64,000 nt of DNA, from the NCBI GenBank assembly GCA_965263035.1, contig OZ253580.1:3840001-3904000 (forward strand), read 5' to 3'. Within the stretch, counting starts at the first letter, position 1. Every line of letters begins with the position of its first letter. Positions 1 through 9,711 of this stretch are shown piece by piece. The notes beneath the pieces are model-generated. The model saw only the letters and a list, made by a program, of their open reading frames with translations, was not told where the DNA came from and ran no database searches. The position numbers and the translations under genes are program-made. Source of the DNA: Acidobacteriota bacterium. GTDB lineage: Bacteria > Acidobacteriota > UBA6911 > RPQK01 > JAJDTT01.

Positions 1-156
1 GTTCAAGAGCTGGCGGGCCGCCTGGGCTCCGCTGAGGCCCCGCATGGACAGGACCTTGGAGTATTTGTTGAAAGCCGATTTGGTCTTGAAACTGGCCCAC
101 AGGGATAGACCCAGGGCCGGCAGAACCATCATCAGATAAAGCGGATCGAAAAACAT
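1..156 (-). CDS. Zinc metallopeptidase, YugP/Zn_peptidase_2-like, 5' part (runs off the left edge)
   Basis: Manual translation MFFDPLYLMMVLPALGLSLWASFKTKSAFNKYSKVLSMRGLSGAQAARQLLN; GGAGGTGA RBS upstream; typical N-terminus of this family. Confidence 0.75.
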   Translation of the reverse strand, partial: MFFDPLYLMMVLPALGLSLWASFKTKSAFNKYSKVLSMRGLSGAQAARQLLN

Positions 157-325
157 GGACTCACCTCCATCGGGATGGATTACCGGCCCCGCCGGCATCC
201 GCTCTCGATACTATCCCGTATTTCCTGCACCCAGTCCACCCGGAACGCGCCGAGTCGAAATCCCTCCCGTGAACCTCCCTCGGTTGCATTGAGCCGTTCC
301 GGCATTAGCAATCCCGTCGGTACGA

Positions 326-1588
326 TATTATAAGAGATTATAGACAGAACTAGACGGCAAGATCCCTTCAGAGTGCTGCGCTATATTTGTTTCTGTGAGA
401 ACTCATGCAGCTTTCCAATGCCGGGCGAAGCTCTCCAGACCGGGATTGCACCGATTGGATTGGATCAGGGGCGTCCTGAATCGGATCTACAACTCCGCAC
501 TACAGGAACGCAAGAACGGTTGGGAAGATGACAAGCGTGGCATCAGCATGTACGAGCAGATGAAGCGTCTGACGCAAGCGCGGAAATCGGACCCGGATGG
601 GTTCGGGTCCATCTCCGTGGCTGCGGAACGCGGGATGCTGCGGCGTCTGGAAGGAGCATTCCAAGCCTTCTTCCGGCGGTGCAAGGCGGGAGAGAATCCA
701 GGATATCCCCGGTTCCGTCCTCTGGCCCGGATGGAGACCATCGACATCGTTGATCCGCGGACGACCATGGTCAAGGAGCGGGCCCGTGGGTACGTGATCA
801 AGCTCAAAGGGTTCCCGACGATCCGCTTCTTTCCGTCCCGTCCCCTGCCGCCCGGCTGCCCGTTGAAGGCCCTGCGGATCGTCCGCAAGCCCAACCGGGT
901 CTACGTGGATCTGGTCTACGAGGTCGAGAAGGAGCCTTTGCCCCGTTGTGACTCTGCGGTGGGGATCGACCTTGGAGTCCGCAAGCGGGCCGTCTTGTCC
1001 ACCGGGGAACGGATCGAACGGAACCGCCGCGACTGGCCGGAGATCAAGCGTCAGCAGAGACGGGTAGCCTGTTGCAAGCGGGGATCGAACCGCCGAAGGA
1101 AGCGAGTCCGGCAACTGGCACGGTTCCGCTACCGCGAGAGGGTCAGGAACCGGAATGGGTGCCACCGGGCCACGACTCGGATCGTCCGTTCTCACGGACT
1201 CATCGCCGTCGAGAAACTGAACGTCAAGAGGATGACCACGAAGGGCCTCAAGAAGAAGGGCCTGAATCGGGAGATCCTCACGCAATCTTGGGGGCTTCTA
1301 CGCAATCAACTCCAGTACAAGGCAGAGTGGGCCGAGCGGGAGTTCGTAGAAGTGGACCCGAAATACACGTCGCAGGACTGCCACCGGTGTGGTGCCAGGA
1401 ACCGGCCCGGGCGAAGCAAACGGTACGCTTGCGCAGCCTGCGGACTCAGGATGGACAGGGACGAGAACGCCGCCCTGAACATTCTCAGGGCAGGGGTTCT
1501 AGCCCTGGGTGCCGAAACGTGGGGCGTCAGCCCGTGCGTGGCACCGGAACGGTAGGCGTCAAGTAATGCCTATAAGCCCCGTATTATA
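326..1588 (+). mobile_element. Non-autonomous tnpB-only element (no tnpA); boundaries tentative
   Basis: tnpB flanked by AT-rich ends; TATTATA at 326-332 and 1582-1588; hairpin TAGGC-n10-GCCTA at the stop codon. Confidence 0.5.
395..1555 (+). CDS. tnpB: RNA-guided endonuclease TnpB (IS200/IS605/IS607 superfamily)
   Basis: N-terminal HTH (IYNSALQER), GYPRFR, RuvC motifs GIDLG, AVEKL, DRDENAALNI, zinc finger CHRC..CAAC. Confidence 0.95.
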   Translation: MRTHAAFQCRAKLSRPGLHRLDWIRGVLNRIYNSALQERKNGWEDDKRGISMYEQMKRLTQARKSDPDGFGSISVAAERGMLRRLEGAFQAFFRRCKAGENPGYPRFRPLARMETIDIVDPRTTMVKERARGYVIKLKGFPTIRFFPSRPLPPGCPLKALRIVRKPNRVYVDLVYEVEKEPLPRCDSAVGIDLGVRKRAVLSTGERIERNRRDWPEIKRQQRRVACCKRGSNRRRKRVRQLARFRYRERVRNRNGCHRATTRIVRSHGLIAVEKLNVKRMTTKGLKKKGLNREILTQSWGLLRNQLQYKAEWAEREFVEVDPKYTSQDCHRCGARNRPGRSKRYACAACGLRMDRDENAALNILRAGVLALGAETWGVSPCVAPER

Positions 1589-1610
1589 CGTAAGGGGTTA
1601 AGAAACGGTT
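1490..1610 (+). ncRNA. Putative omegaRNA (reRNA) scaffold plus guide, overlapping the tnpB 3' end
   Basis: Established position of the TnpB guide RNA; stem-loops taggc/gccta and aagcccc/ggggtt visible; exact limits unknown. Confidence 0.5.
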
Positions 1611-1625
1611 TCGTCAGAGGAGCTT

Positions 1626-4055
1626 ATGGACGATCAACCCGAGTCCGAGATCAAGGCGGAACAATTCCGGCGGTCACCCTCGGAGGGGGCCGGCCCGAAG
1701 ACCGGAGACGGCGAGGGACTGGTCCTGGTCTCGGAGCTCCTGCCCGAGGAGATTCCCATATTTCCGTTGGCGGTTCGTCCGTTCTTTCCCGGTCTTCCGG
1801 TCCCCATGGAATTGAGCGGCGACCAGTTGCGGCTCGTGGAGCACGCCGTCGAATCCTCGAACAAAACCATGGGGCTGGTCCTGGTCCGCAATCCGGAAGC
1901 CGGTAGCTCTCCCGAGAATCTCCACCGCATGGGGGTAGCGGGGAAGATTATCCAGGCGAGTCAGGCCGAGGACCACAACGCGGCCCATCTGGTGATGAAC
2001 TGCATCGAGCGGTTCGAAATCCGGGAAGTCCGTTCGATTCCAGCCGGGATGGTGGCCCGGGTGGAGTATCATCCGGCGCCGGAGCTGTCGGTCAACCCGG
2101 AACTCAAGGCCTACTCCATGGCCATCGTCGCCACGCTCAAGGAACTGATCAAGCTGAATCCTCTCCAGTCGGAAGCGATCCGCATGTTCCTGAGCCGCTC
2201 CACTCTGGACGACCCGGGCCGGCTGGCCGACTTCTCCGCCAGTCTGACCACGGCCAGCGGCCAGGAACTGCAGCGGATCCTGGAGACCCTGGATGTCCGC
2301 CGGCGCATCGACCGGACCCTGGTCCTGCTGCGCAAGGAATTGGACCTGACCCGCCTCCAGAACAAGATCACCAAGCAGATCGAGAAGAAAATCTCCAGTC
2401 AGCAGAGGGAGTTCTTCCTGCGGGAGGAATTGAAGGCCATCAAGAAGGAACTGGGACTGGAGAAGGAAGGGAAGGTCACGGAGATCGAGAAGTTCCAGCG
2501 CCGGTTGCGCCGGCTCCGGCTGAACGAGGAGGCGGAGAAGGCCATCGAGGATGAGATCCAGAAGCTGCAGTTGCTGGAGGCCACTTCTCCCGAGTACGCG
2601 TTGACCCGCAATTATCTGGACTGGCTCACCATCCTCCCCTGGGGCCGGTTCAGCAAGGACTCGTACAACCTGAAGCGGGCCAGGCGGATCCTCAACCGCG
2701 ACCACTACGGCTTGGAGGACGTCAAGGAGCGAATCCTGGAGTTCGTGGCCGTGGGCCGGATGAAGGGGGACATCACCGGCTCCATCATCTGCCTGGTGGG
2801 TCCGCCCGGGGTGGGGAAGACCTCCATCGGAAGGAGCATCGCCGCGGCGCTGAACCGGAAATTCTTCCGCTTCCCCCTGGGCGGGATGAGGGACGAGGCG
2901 GAGATCAAGGGGCACCGCCGGACCTACATCGGAGCCCTTCCCGGAAAGTTCATCCAGGCCATGAAGACCGCGGGCACCTCCAATCCGGTCATCATGCTCG
3001 ACGAGATCGACAAGGTGGGGGTTTCCTTCCACGGCGACCCGGCGTCGGCATTGCTGGAGGTTCTGGACCCGGAGCAGAACGAGTCTTTCCGGGACCACTA
3101 CCTGGACGTGCCCTTCGATCTCTCCCATGTCCTGTTCGTGACCACCGCCAACCAGATCGACACCATTCCCGGTCCTCTCCTGGATCGAATGGAAGTGATC
3201 CGCCTCTCGGGGTACATCCTGGAGGAGAAGTTGGAGATCGCGCGCCGTTTCCTGATTCCCAAGAATCTGGAGCATCACGGCCTCAAGAAGGGGCAGCTCA
3301 GGATCCACAAGCTGGCCCTGGCACGAATCATCGACCACTATGCCCGGGAAGCCGGAGTGCGCAGCTTGGAGAACCAGCTCAAGAAGATCATGCGCCGGGC
3401 GGCGGTGACCCTCTCCGAGAATGGCGACGGCCCCATCGTGGTTCTGAAAAAGGACGTGGAAGCATACCTGGGGCATCCCGTCTACGAGGGGGACGAGATC
3501 TTCGACGCGGCGCCAGGCGTCGTGACGGGACTGGCGTGGACGAACCGGGGCGGGGCGACGCTACAGGTGGAGGCCAGCGCCGTCGCCGCCAAGTCCAAGG
3601 GGTTCAAGCAGACGGGTCAGCTGGGCGACGTGATGGTGGAGAGCTCGGAGCTGGCCTACTCCTACGTGAGGGCCCACCTGGCGCCGTTCGGGGGCGAGAC
3701 CGGGTACTTCGACCGGCACTTCATCCATCTCCACGTCCCCGCGGGCGCCACTCCCAAGGACGGTCCCTCGGCCGGAATCACCATGGCCACGGCGCTGATC
3801 TCCGTGGCTACGGGCCGGACGGTCCTCAAGGGTCTGGCCATGACGGGCGAGTTGACCCTGACGGGCCGCGTGCTGCCCATCGGCGGAGTCAAGGAAAAGG
3901 TCATCGGCGCGCGCCGGGCCGGGTGCACGACCCTCATCTTTCCCGAGGAGAACGAGAAAGGCTTCCGGGACCTTCCCGACTACCTGAAGGAGGGTCTGGA
4001 AGTGCACTTCGCCCGGGAATACGAAGACGTGTTCCGGATCGCGTTTCAGAACTGA
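1626..4055 (+). CDS. lon: ATP-dependent Lon protease (endopeptidase La)
   Basis: LON N-domain, Walker A GPPGVGKT, RTYIGALPG, Walker B MLDEIDK, catalytic PKDGPSAG and PIGGVKEK. Confidence 0.98.
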   Translation: MDDQPESEIKAEQFRRSPSEGAGPKTGDGEGLVLVSELLPEEIPIFPLAVRPFFPGLPVPMELSGDQLRLVEHAVESSNKTMGLVLVRNPEAGSSPENLHRMGVAGKIIQASQAEDHNAAHLVMNCIERFEIREVRSIPAGMVARVEYHPAPELSVNPELKAYSMAIVATLKELIKLNPLQSEAIRMFLSRSTLDDPGRLADFSASLTTASGQELQRILETLDVRRRIDRTLVLLRKELDLTRLQNKITKQIEKKISSQQREFFLREELKAIKKELGLEKEGKVTEIEKFQRRLRRLRLNEEAEKAIEDEIQKLQLLEATSPEYALTRNYLDWLTILPWGRFSKDSYNLKRARRILNRDHYGLEDVKERILEFVAVGRMKGDITGSIICLVGPPGVGKTSIGRSIAAALNRKFFRFPLGGMRDEAEIKGHRRTYIGALPGKFIQAMKTAGTSNPVIMLDEIDKVGVSFHGDPASALLEVLDPEQNESFRDHYLDVPFDLSHVLFVTTANQIDTIPGPLLDRMEVIRLSGYILEEKLEIARRFLIPKNLEHHGLKKGQLRIHKLALARIIDHYAREAGVRSLENQLKKIMRRAAVTLSENGDGPIVVLKKDVEAYLGHPVYEGDEIFDAAPGVVTGLAWTNRGGATLQVEASAVAAKSKGFKQTGQLGDVMVESSELAYSYVRAHLAPFGGETGYFDRHFIHLHVPAGATPKDGPSAGITMATALISVATGRTVLKGLAMTGELTLTGRVLPIGGVKEKVIGARRAGCTTLIFPEENEKGFRDLPDYLKEGLEVHFAREYEDVFRIAFQN

Positions 4056-4074
4056 CCCGGTCGAGGAATTCGCG

Positions 4075-4192
4075 CTAGGAGGCTGTCCGAGAATGCGATT
4101 TTCGTCCAAAATCTACAGATATAAGTTATTGATTTATAAGAAGATAGGTTTTTCGGGATCGTGAATTTTCGAGTTCTCGGACAGCCTCCTAG
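4075..4192. mobile_element. MITE family A (~110 bp, AT-rich core) between convergent genes
   Basis: Perfect inverted ends CTAG-GAGGCTGTCCGAGAA / TTCTCGGACAGCCTC-CTAG; no ORF. Confidence 0.85.
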
Positions 4193-5640
4193 CGGAACCG
4201 GATCGAGTAAAGATCCGCGTCCTTCATCACGAACCGCAGTCTGACGGGCTTTCCGGCGATCCGTCTCAGGGGCTTGTCGGAAGTGGCGGCGGTCAGGTCC
4301 CGTTCCCAGCGGACGACGTGCTCGATCTCATCCCCCCAGATCAGGGGAGACTCCTCCAGGCCGAAGCCGGGAAGGACCTGCCCCTTGGCGTCCTGGATCT
4401 CCACGTGAATGCTCCCGGCCGCCGAGGTGGCGAAGTTCAGCACCAGATTGGAGCCTTCGAAGACCAATGGCCTGGTCACGAACTCACCGCCCCCATAGCC
4501 GGTGTGCAGGGAGACGAAGCCGTCGGTCCGCAGCACCATCCGCTCCAGATAGAGGCTGGGGAACTTGTAGTTGCGGACCATGTAGAGGGAGAGTTCGTCG
4601 GGAGCCGTGGCCACCGTCCCCGCAGCCAGGAGATTGTTCCGGTTGAGCCAGTTCCTGGGGTCCCGGCCGGGACGGACGAACGCTTCCAGATACCGGTGCC
4701 AGTGGTAGCCGTCGCGGCTGGACATGAGCACCGTTTCCGAAATCCCGGGGCGGGGTGCATCGGGGAACTTGTTGCGCCAGGGATGAAAACGCTTGGGAAA
4801 ACCCAGGAAAATGTGCGGAGCTCGGATATACGGGGCCGTTCCGTTGGTGTAGAGATGCTCCAGCGGAGCGTCCCCAAAGTCGCCCCACTCTCCTGGGGTC
4901 CAGTTGAGGAAGTCGGTGGACTCGGCGATCTTGATGGTGCGGACGCCTTCGGTGAAGTCCCGGTAGATGGCCAGGTAACGGCCCCGCGCCTGATCCCAGA
5001 CCGGAATGTTCAGGGAGTCGAAGGCTCCGTCGCTGATCACCGGCTCCTCTTGCATCTTCTCCCAGCGGAATCCATCCGCGGACTTGAGAGCAAACAGGGG
5101 GCCCCCGGCCAGGGCCTTGTAGCGTTCCGATTCCGGGACTCCCGGTTTGGGGTCGAGCATGGGGGCCAGGTTGTGACTGCCCTTGCCGGTCCAGACGATG
5201 TTGTTGTCCCGGGAGCCGTTGAACTCGATGATGCCCACCGAGGGGCGTTCCCAGTGAATCCCGTCGGAACTCTCCAGGACGCATGCAAACTCCGGATGTT
5301 TAGGGATCACCGTTTCACCCGCTTCGATCACAGAGGGGGGCGTCGCGGTGGGATCGCTGCTTCCCCGGTAGTACATGCGATAGCGGTCGCCGTCCCGCAG
5401 CACGGTGGTGTAAAAGCAGGTGTTCCCCTCCCAGGGCCGGTTGAGCTCCAGGATCTTTCCCGCTGAAACCGGAGTATGAAGGCGTTTCGTCACCCCCTCC
5501 GTCCGTTCGATCAAGAAGTCGTCGACGAACAGTTCCAGCCGGGTCCCCAACTGCAACGGTTCGTGGCCTTTCGCCTCCGGCGCCGTCGACGCGGCACCGA
5601 TCAGGATCCACAGGGACAAGAGACTGAATACTCGCACCAC
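4189..5640 (-). CDS. Exported glycoside-hydrolase-like beta-propeller protein
   Basis: GTG start after GGAGG RBS, signal peptide, ELFVDD, repeated SxDGxxW boxes, C-terminal LRTDGFVS and DADLYS; the longer ORF-track extension overlaps the next gene. Confidence 0.75.
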   Translation of the reverse strand: MVRVFSLLSLWILIGAASTAPEAKGHEPLQLGTRLELFVDDFLIERTEGVTKRLHTPVSAGKILELNRPWEGNTCFYTTVLRDGDRYRMYYRGSSDPTATPPSVIEAGETVIPKHPEFACVLESSDGIHWERPSVGIIEFNGSRDNNIVWTGKGSHNLAPMLDPKPGVPESERYKALAGGPLFALKSADGFRWEKMQEEPVISDGAFDSLNIPVWDQARGRYLAIYRDFTEGVRTIKIAESTDFLNWTPGEWGDFGDAPLEHLYTNGTAPYIRAPHIFLGFPKRFHPWRNKFPDAPRPGISETVLMSSRDGYHWHRYLEAFVRPGRDPRNWLNRNNLLAAGTVATAPDELSLYMVRNYKFPSLYLERMVLRTDGFVSLHTGYGGGEFVTRPLVFEGSNLVLNFATSAAGSIHVEIQDAKGQVLPGFGLEESPLIWGDEIEHVVRWERDLTAATSDKPLRRIAGKPVRLRFVMKDADLYSIRFR

Positions 5641-5720
5641 AAGGCACCTCCTTCGATCTGCCGGAGCATAGCAAAGGGCCCGGTTCCGGTAAATCAGGAT
5701 TCCGATCACCGGAAAACCAT

Positions 5721-6548
5721 TTAACTCCGGTTGGGAGAGTGCTGGTCCCGGCGCGTGGGAATCGGATTGGACTTCAGTTCCAGGGTCAGATCGACCAGGC
5801 CCTGCACGGCGGCCTCCAGGAACTTCTCTCCCTTTTCCCGGGTGGCCAGCGTGGCGTCGCCCATGACGCCGCTGGCCGTGAGGGCGCTCCAATAGGGCAT
5901 CAGATTGGCCGAGGCGCTTCCGGCGATGCCGCCCGACAGCAGGTCGAACCGGAAGCTGGACGACATCGGTGAGCGCTCGTCGACGGCCTTTTCCATCTCC
6001 ACCAGCTCGGGCTTGAGAGCCAGATAGAGGGAGGTCTCGAACTCGCAGGCGTGGGAGGTTCCGCCGAAGTCGGACTCTCGTATTTCCCGGCCCACTTCCT
6101 TGACCTTGCCCAGGCCCCAGTGATTCACCGACGCACAGAGAATGCGTCCTTCGTACTCCAGGATGGTGAGCCGGGCCGCCAGGTCCAGGGGCGAGGTATT
6201 GGAGCCGTGCCCGTTGACGATGAGGATCCGCCGGAATCCGTGGTGGGCCAGACTGCAGCAGACGTTCTTCACGTAGCGGATGAAGACGTCCCAATCGATG
6301 GTCAGGGTCCCGTGAAAGTCCATGTGGTGGGGGCTGTAGCCGTGGGTGACGGCGGGCGCCAGGACCGCGTCCTCGGGGATTCTGGCGACGGCCCGCTCGC
6401 AGATCTCGGTGCAGAGCCGGACGTCCACGTCCACCGGGAGGTGGGGACCGTGGTCCTCGTAGGTCGCCACCGGAAGGACGGCCACCCGGTCGCGGCGGGC
6501 CGCCTCCTTGATCTCATGCCAGATCATTTCGGCAAACCGGTACTTCAT
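5721..6548 (-). CDS. Creatininase / creatinine amidohydrolase family protein
   Basis: EDHGPHLPVDVD, NGHGSN, HACEFETS motifs; AAGGAGG RBS before MKYRF. Confidence 0.9.
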   Translation of the reverse strand: MKYRFAEMIWHEIKEAARRDRVAVLPVATYEDHGPHLPVDVDVRLCTEICERAVARIPEDAVLAPAVTHGYSPHHMDFHGTLTIDWDVFIRYVKNVCCSLAHHGFRRILIVNGHGSNTSPLDLAARLTILEYEGRILCASVNHWGLGKVKEVGREIRESDFGGTSHACEFETSLYLALKPELVEMEKAVDERSPMSSSFRFDLLSGGIAGSASANLMPYWSALTASGVMGDATLATREKGEKFLEAAVQGLVDLTLELKSNPIPTRRDQHSPNRS

Positions 6549-6673
6549 CTGTTCCTCCTTGTTTCGCTTCAACTATCCACTGCCGGATTCCTACATCGGT
6601 CCGGACTCGGGATCAAGGGCCGAATCATCCGGGTCGTAGTAGACTGGGCCCACCAGAATAGAGGAGGACCCAG

Positions 6674-7723
6674 ATGACACTGTCAAGCACTCGGCTTTCG
6701 TTTTTCTCCCTGTTTCCGCTGGCCATGTTCGGATGCAGCTCCCAGGAGACGGCTCCCCGTTCCGAGCCCGGTGTCGTCGAGGCCAGTGCTCCCGCACCCG
6801 GTCCGGCCGCCGATGTCCGGCCCCTCCCCAACAAGTCCCGCACCGGACCCGTCGTCTACACCAAGATCGGCATCGTCACCATGGACGCCAAGCCCTGGGC
6901 CCTGGAGGAGAACTACCGGCGCTTGGAGTCCTACGTCCGGGAGGCCGCCCGCAGGGGAGCGGAAGTGGTGGTGGCGCCCGAGGCCGTTCTGGACGGCTAC
7001 GTCTGCTACGCCGCGCCCGGCGTCACGCGGGAGCGGATGATGGAGGTGGCCCAGAGCCTGCCGGACGGGCCCTACATCGTTCGGGCCCGGCGGCTGTCCC
7101 GGGAGCTGGGTATCTACCTGGTCTTCGGGTTCCTGGAGCGGTCGGGGCAGGAGATGTTCAACAGCCTTGCCATGACCGATCCCCAAGGAGAGATCCTGGC
7201 CAAATACAGCAAGGTCCATGTGGGGGGCGAGTCCTACATCACGCCGGGCCGCGAGCTGAAACCGTTCGATACGCCTCTGGGACGGATCGGTTTCCTTATC
7301 TGCATGGACCGGACCGTTCCCGAGAACATACGGACCTTGGGCGTGCAGGGGGTCGAAACGGTCTTCCTGCCCATGGACGGAGGGGGCGGACCCGAAAATA
7401 CCAAGAAGATGGCTCGATACGCTGCCGAGAACGGCTGCTGGATCATCATCGCCAACACTTGGAGCGCAGCCATCATCAGTCCGTGCGGAGACGTGCGCCT
7501 GGAGAAGTACGAAAACGAAACGGTGAGCATCGGCCGGGTGACCCAGTGGGAGGTCCCCCGGGGGCTGGACCGAGGGTCCATGACCAAACGCCGGCCCGAT
7601 CTTTACGGCCCCCTCCTGAAATCCTACGAACCCGTACGCTGGTACGACGACGAGGGCTACCCCACCGCCTGGGCCGAGGCCCAGAGAGCCAAGCACCGCA
7701 AGGACATCAGCACCTCCAGGTGA
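6674..7723 (+). CDS. Carbon-nitrogen hydrolase (nitrilase superfamily), predicted lipoprotein
   Basis: E-K-C triad (APEA, YSKVH, LICMD); lipobox-like MFGC after a hydrophobic stretch. Confidence 0.88.
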   Translation: MTLSSTRLSFFSLFPLAMFGCSSQETAPRSEPGVVEASAPAPGPAADVRPLPNKSRTGPVVYTKIGIVTMDAKPWALEENYRRLESYVREAARRGAEVVVAPEAVLDGYVCYAAPGVTRERMMEVAQSLPDGPYIVRARRLSRELGIYLVFGFLERSGQEMFNSLAMTDPQGEILAKYSKVHVGGESYITPGRELKPFDTPLGRIGFLICMDRTVPENIRTLGVQGVETVFLPMDGGGGPENTKKMARYAAENGCWIIIANTWSAAIISPCGDVRLEKYENETVSIGRVTQWEVPRGLDRGSMTKRRPDLYGPLLKSYEPVRWYDDEGYPTAWAEAQRAKHRKDISTSR

Positions 7724-7727
7724 AACG

Positions 7728-9137
7728 GTGCCAACCGAGTCCTCGCGAAATCAGGGGGGTTCCGGGCCGGGCCTGCGGCGGGCCCTGGGACCGGGCGTTG
7801 CTCTGGCCATCGTGGTGGGAAACGTCATCGGTTCCGGGATCTTCCTCAAGCCTGGGAGCATCGCCGCCGAAGCCGGAGACTTCCGCACGGTCTTGACGGC
7901 TTGGCTGCTGGGCGGCGCCGTCTGTGTCTTGGGCACCCTCTGCTTCGCCGAGCTGGCCGCCATGCTGCCCCGGGCTGGGGGCATCTACGTGTTTCTCAAG
8001 GAGGCCTACGGAAAACCGGCCGCCTTCCTCTTCAGCTGGAACGAGTTTCTCTTCAACCGCCCCGCCAGCATCGGAGCCCTGTCGGTGGCCTTCGCGGGCG
8101 CTCTCGGCCTCTCTCTGGGCCGGACGCTGAGTCAACCGGAGACCGTATTCCTGGCCCTCGGTCTCATACTTCTCCTGACCTGGGTCAACATCCGGGGAGT
8201 CCTCTGGGGAGGATGGGTGCAGGGAGCCACGACCCTGGTCAAGGCCTCGTTCCTGGGGCTGCTGGCGCTTCTGCCGTTTCTCATGACCCCCTTTTCCGAG
8301 ACCGGAATCGACTGGGCCAACTACAGCTCCCGAGTGGAGCCGACAGGAGACCTGGCGTCCGGGACCCGGTTCGGCCTGGTGCTGCTCTCGGTCATGTGGG
8401 CCTACAACGGCTGGCACGGGATCACGCCGGTGGCCGAGGAGGTCCGGGATCCGGAACGCAACATTCCCAGAGCGCTCTTCGGTGGTGTGGCCCTGCTGAC
8501 CGTGCTCTACGTTTCGGCCAATCTCGCCTACCATGGAGTCCTCTCTCTGGAAGAGATGGCATCGGCGGGACCCCACGCCGCCGAGACCATGGTGGCGGCC
8601 CTGCTGGGGCCTGCAGGCGCCAAGGTCATGGGGGCGGTCATCATGTGCAGCACCTTCGGCGCCATCAACAGCAATCTGCTGCTGGCCACCCGGATCCCCT
8701 TCGCCCTGGGCCGGGACCGCCTGCTGTCGGCCCGGTTGGGAAAGGTTCACGCCGTCTACCGCACTCCTTTCGTCTCCATCATGGTTCAGGCTCTGATGGC
8801 GGCCCTCCTGGTGATCGTCTCCGGCCTGCTCATCGAGTTTCTGGGCTGGTCGGAAGAGAAGACCATCTTTCAGATCCTCACCGACTTCATCATCTTCGGC
8901 AACAGCATCTTCTACGTCCTGGCCGCGGCCGCGCTCTTCATCCTGCGCCGGAAGCGGCCGGACTGGAAGCGGCCCTACCGAACCTGGGGATACCCCGTAG
9001 TTCCGTTGCTCTATCTCGGCTTCTACTTCTGGTTCCTGACGCAGGTGTATCTGGGAAAGCCCTTCGAGGCCAGTGCCGGTGTGGTCCTCATCGGCACCGG
9101 AATTCCGGTCTACTGGATCTTGCGCCGGCGGCGTTGA
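7728..9137 (+). CDS. APC-family amino acid permease
   Basis: NVIGSGIF, AELAAMLPRAGG, AYNGW, RPYRTWGYP; about 12 hydrophobic segments. Confidence 0.93.
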   Translation: MPTESSRNQGGSGPGLRRALGPGVALAIVVGNVIGSGIFLKPGSIAAEAGDFRTVLTAWLLGGAVCVLGTLCFAELAAMLPRAGGIYVFLKEAYGKPAAFLFSWNEFLFNRPASIGALSVAFAGALGLSLGRTLSQPETVFLALGLILLLTWVNIRGVLWGGWVQGATTLVKASFLGLLALLPFLMTPFSETGIDWANYSSRVEPTGDLASGTRFGLVLLSVMWAYNGWHGITPVAEEVRDPERNIPRALFGGVALLTVLYVSANLAYHGVLSLEEMASAGPHAAETMVAALLGPAGAKVMGAVIMCSTFGAINSNLLLATRIPFALGRDRLLSARLGKVHAVYRTPFVSIMVQALMAALLVIVSGLLIEFLGWSEEKTIFQILTDFIIFGNSIFYVLAAAALFILRRKRPDWKRPYRTWGYPVVPLLYLGFYFWFLTQVYLGKPFEASAGVVLIGTGIPVYWILRRRR

Positions 9138-9171
9138 CTTGATTACCACTGAAGCCAAGGAGAAGGCAGCC

Positions 9172-9465
9172 ATGCCAATGAAGATTCCACCCCATCCAGG
9201 CCGCATTGTCCGGCAGGATTGTATCGATGCCCTGGAACTGACCGTGACCCGGGCAGCCGAACTTCTCCGTGTGACCCGTCAGACCCTGAGCAATCTGGTC
9301 AACGAAAGGGCGGGCATTTCTGCCGAAATGGCCATCCGCCTGGAAAAGCTCGGATGGTCCACGGCCGACAACTGGATGAGGTTGCAGGCCGCCTACGATC
9401 TCGCCCAAGCACGCCGTACCCAGGACCAAATCAAGGTTGAGCGCTACGAGTCTCATCATGACTGA
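9172..9465 (+). CDS. higA: HigA-family antitoxin (Xre HTH), orphan
   Basis: MPMKIPPHPG, ISAEMAIRL, WMRLQAAYDL signature; no intact toxin gene adjacent. Confidence 0.9.
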   Translation: MPMKIPPHPGRIVRQDCIDALELTVTRAAELLRVTRQTLSNLVNERAGISAEMAIRLEKLGWSTADNWMRLQAAYDLAQARRTQDQIKVERYESHHD

Positions 9466-9711
9466 GATCGCTATCGCTCCGATGATTATGAGGATCTTGA
9501 GCAATAAACGTCTTCATCAGACGTTCGAAGAGCCGTCCTCGGTGAGCTTTGCAACCAGCGATGGACCGGAGATGGTCCACGGTTTTCTGGATGCTGCCGA
9601 TCGTCCCTTGATCTTCCTAGAATTGGATGCCATGGGAGTAGCACCCAATTCCTGAATCAAATTCTTGCGTTTCCAAGATCGCTGAGGTCAGAATTTAGGT
9701 GATCAGCGAGT

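Noticed and set aside
395-1555. Cas12f or nuclease-dead TldR interpretation of tnpB
   Set aside because: No CRISPR array or cas genes nearby, and all three RuvC catalytic residues are intact
1674-3476. Long antisense ORFs (also 7707-9206, 19591-20976, 24007-25443, 26034-27419, 43725-45077 and others)
   Set aside because: Shadow frames of well-supported genes in high-GC DNA, with no recognisable motifs
5641-6294. 701 aa version of the beta-propeller ORF
   Set aside because: Overlaps the creatininase gene; RBS and signal peptide point to GTG at 5640
5721-6548. Mycofactocin mftE assignment
   Set aside because: No precursor peptide or radical SAM genes in the window
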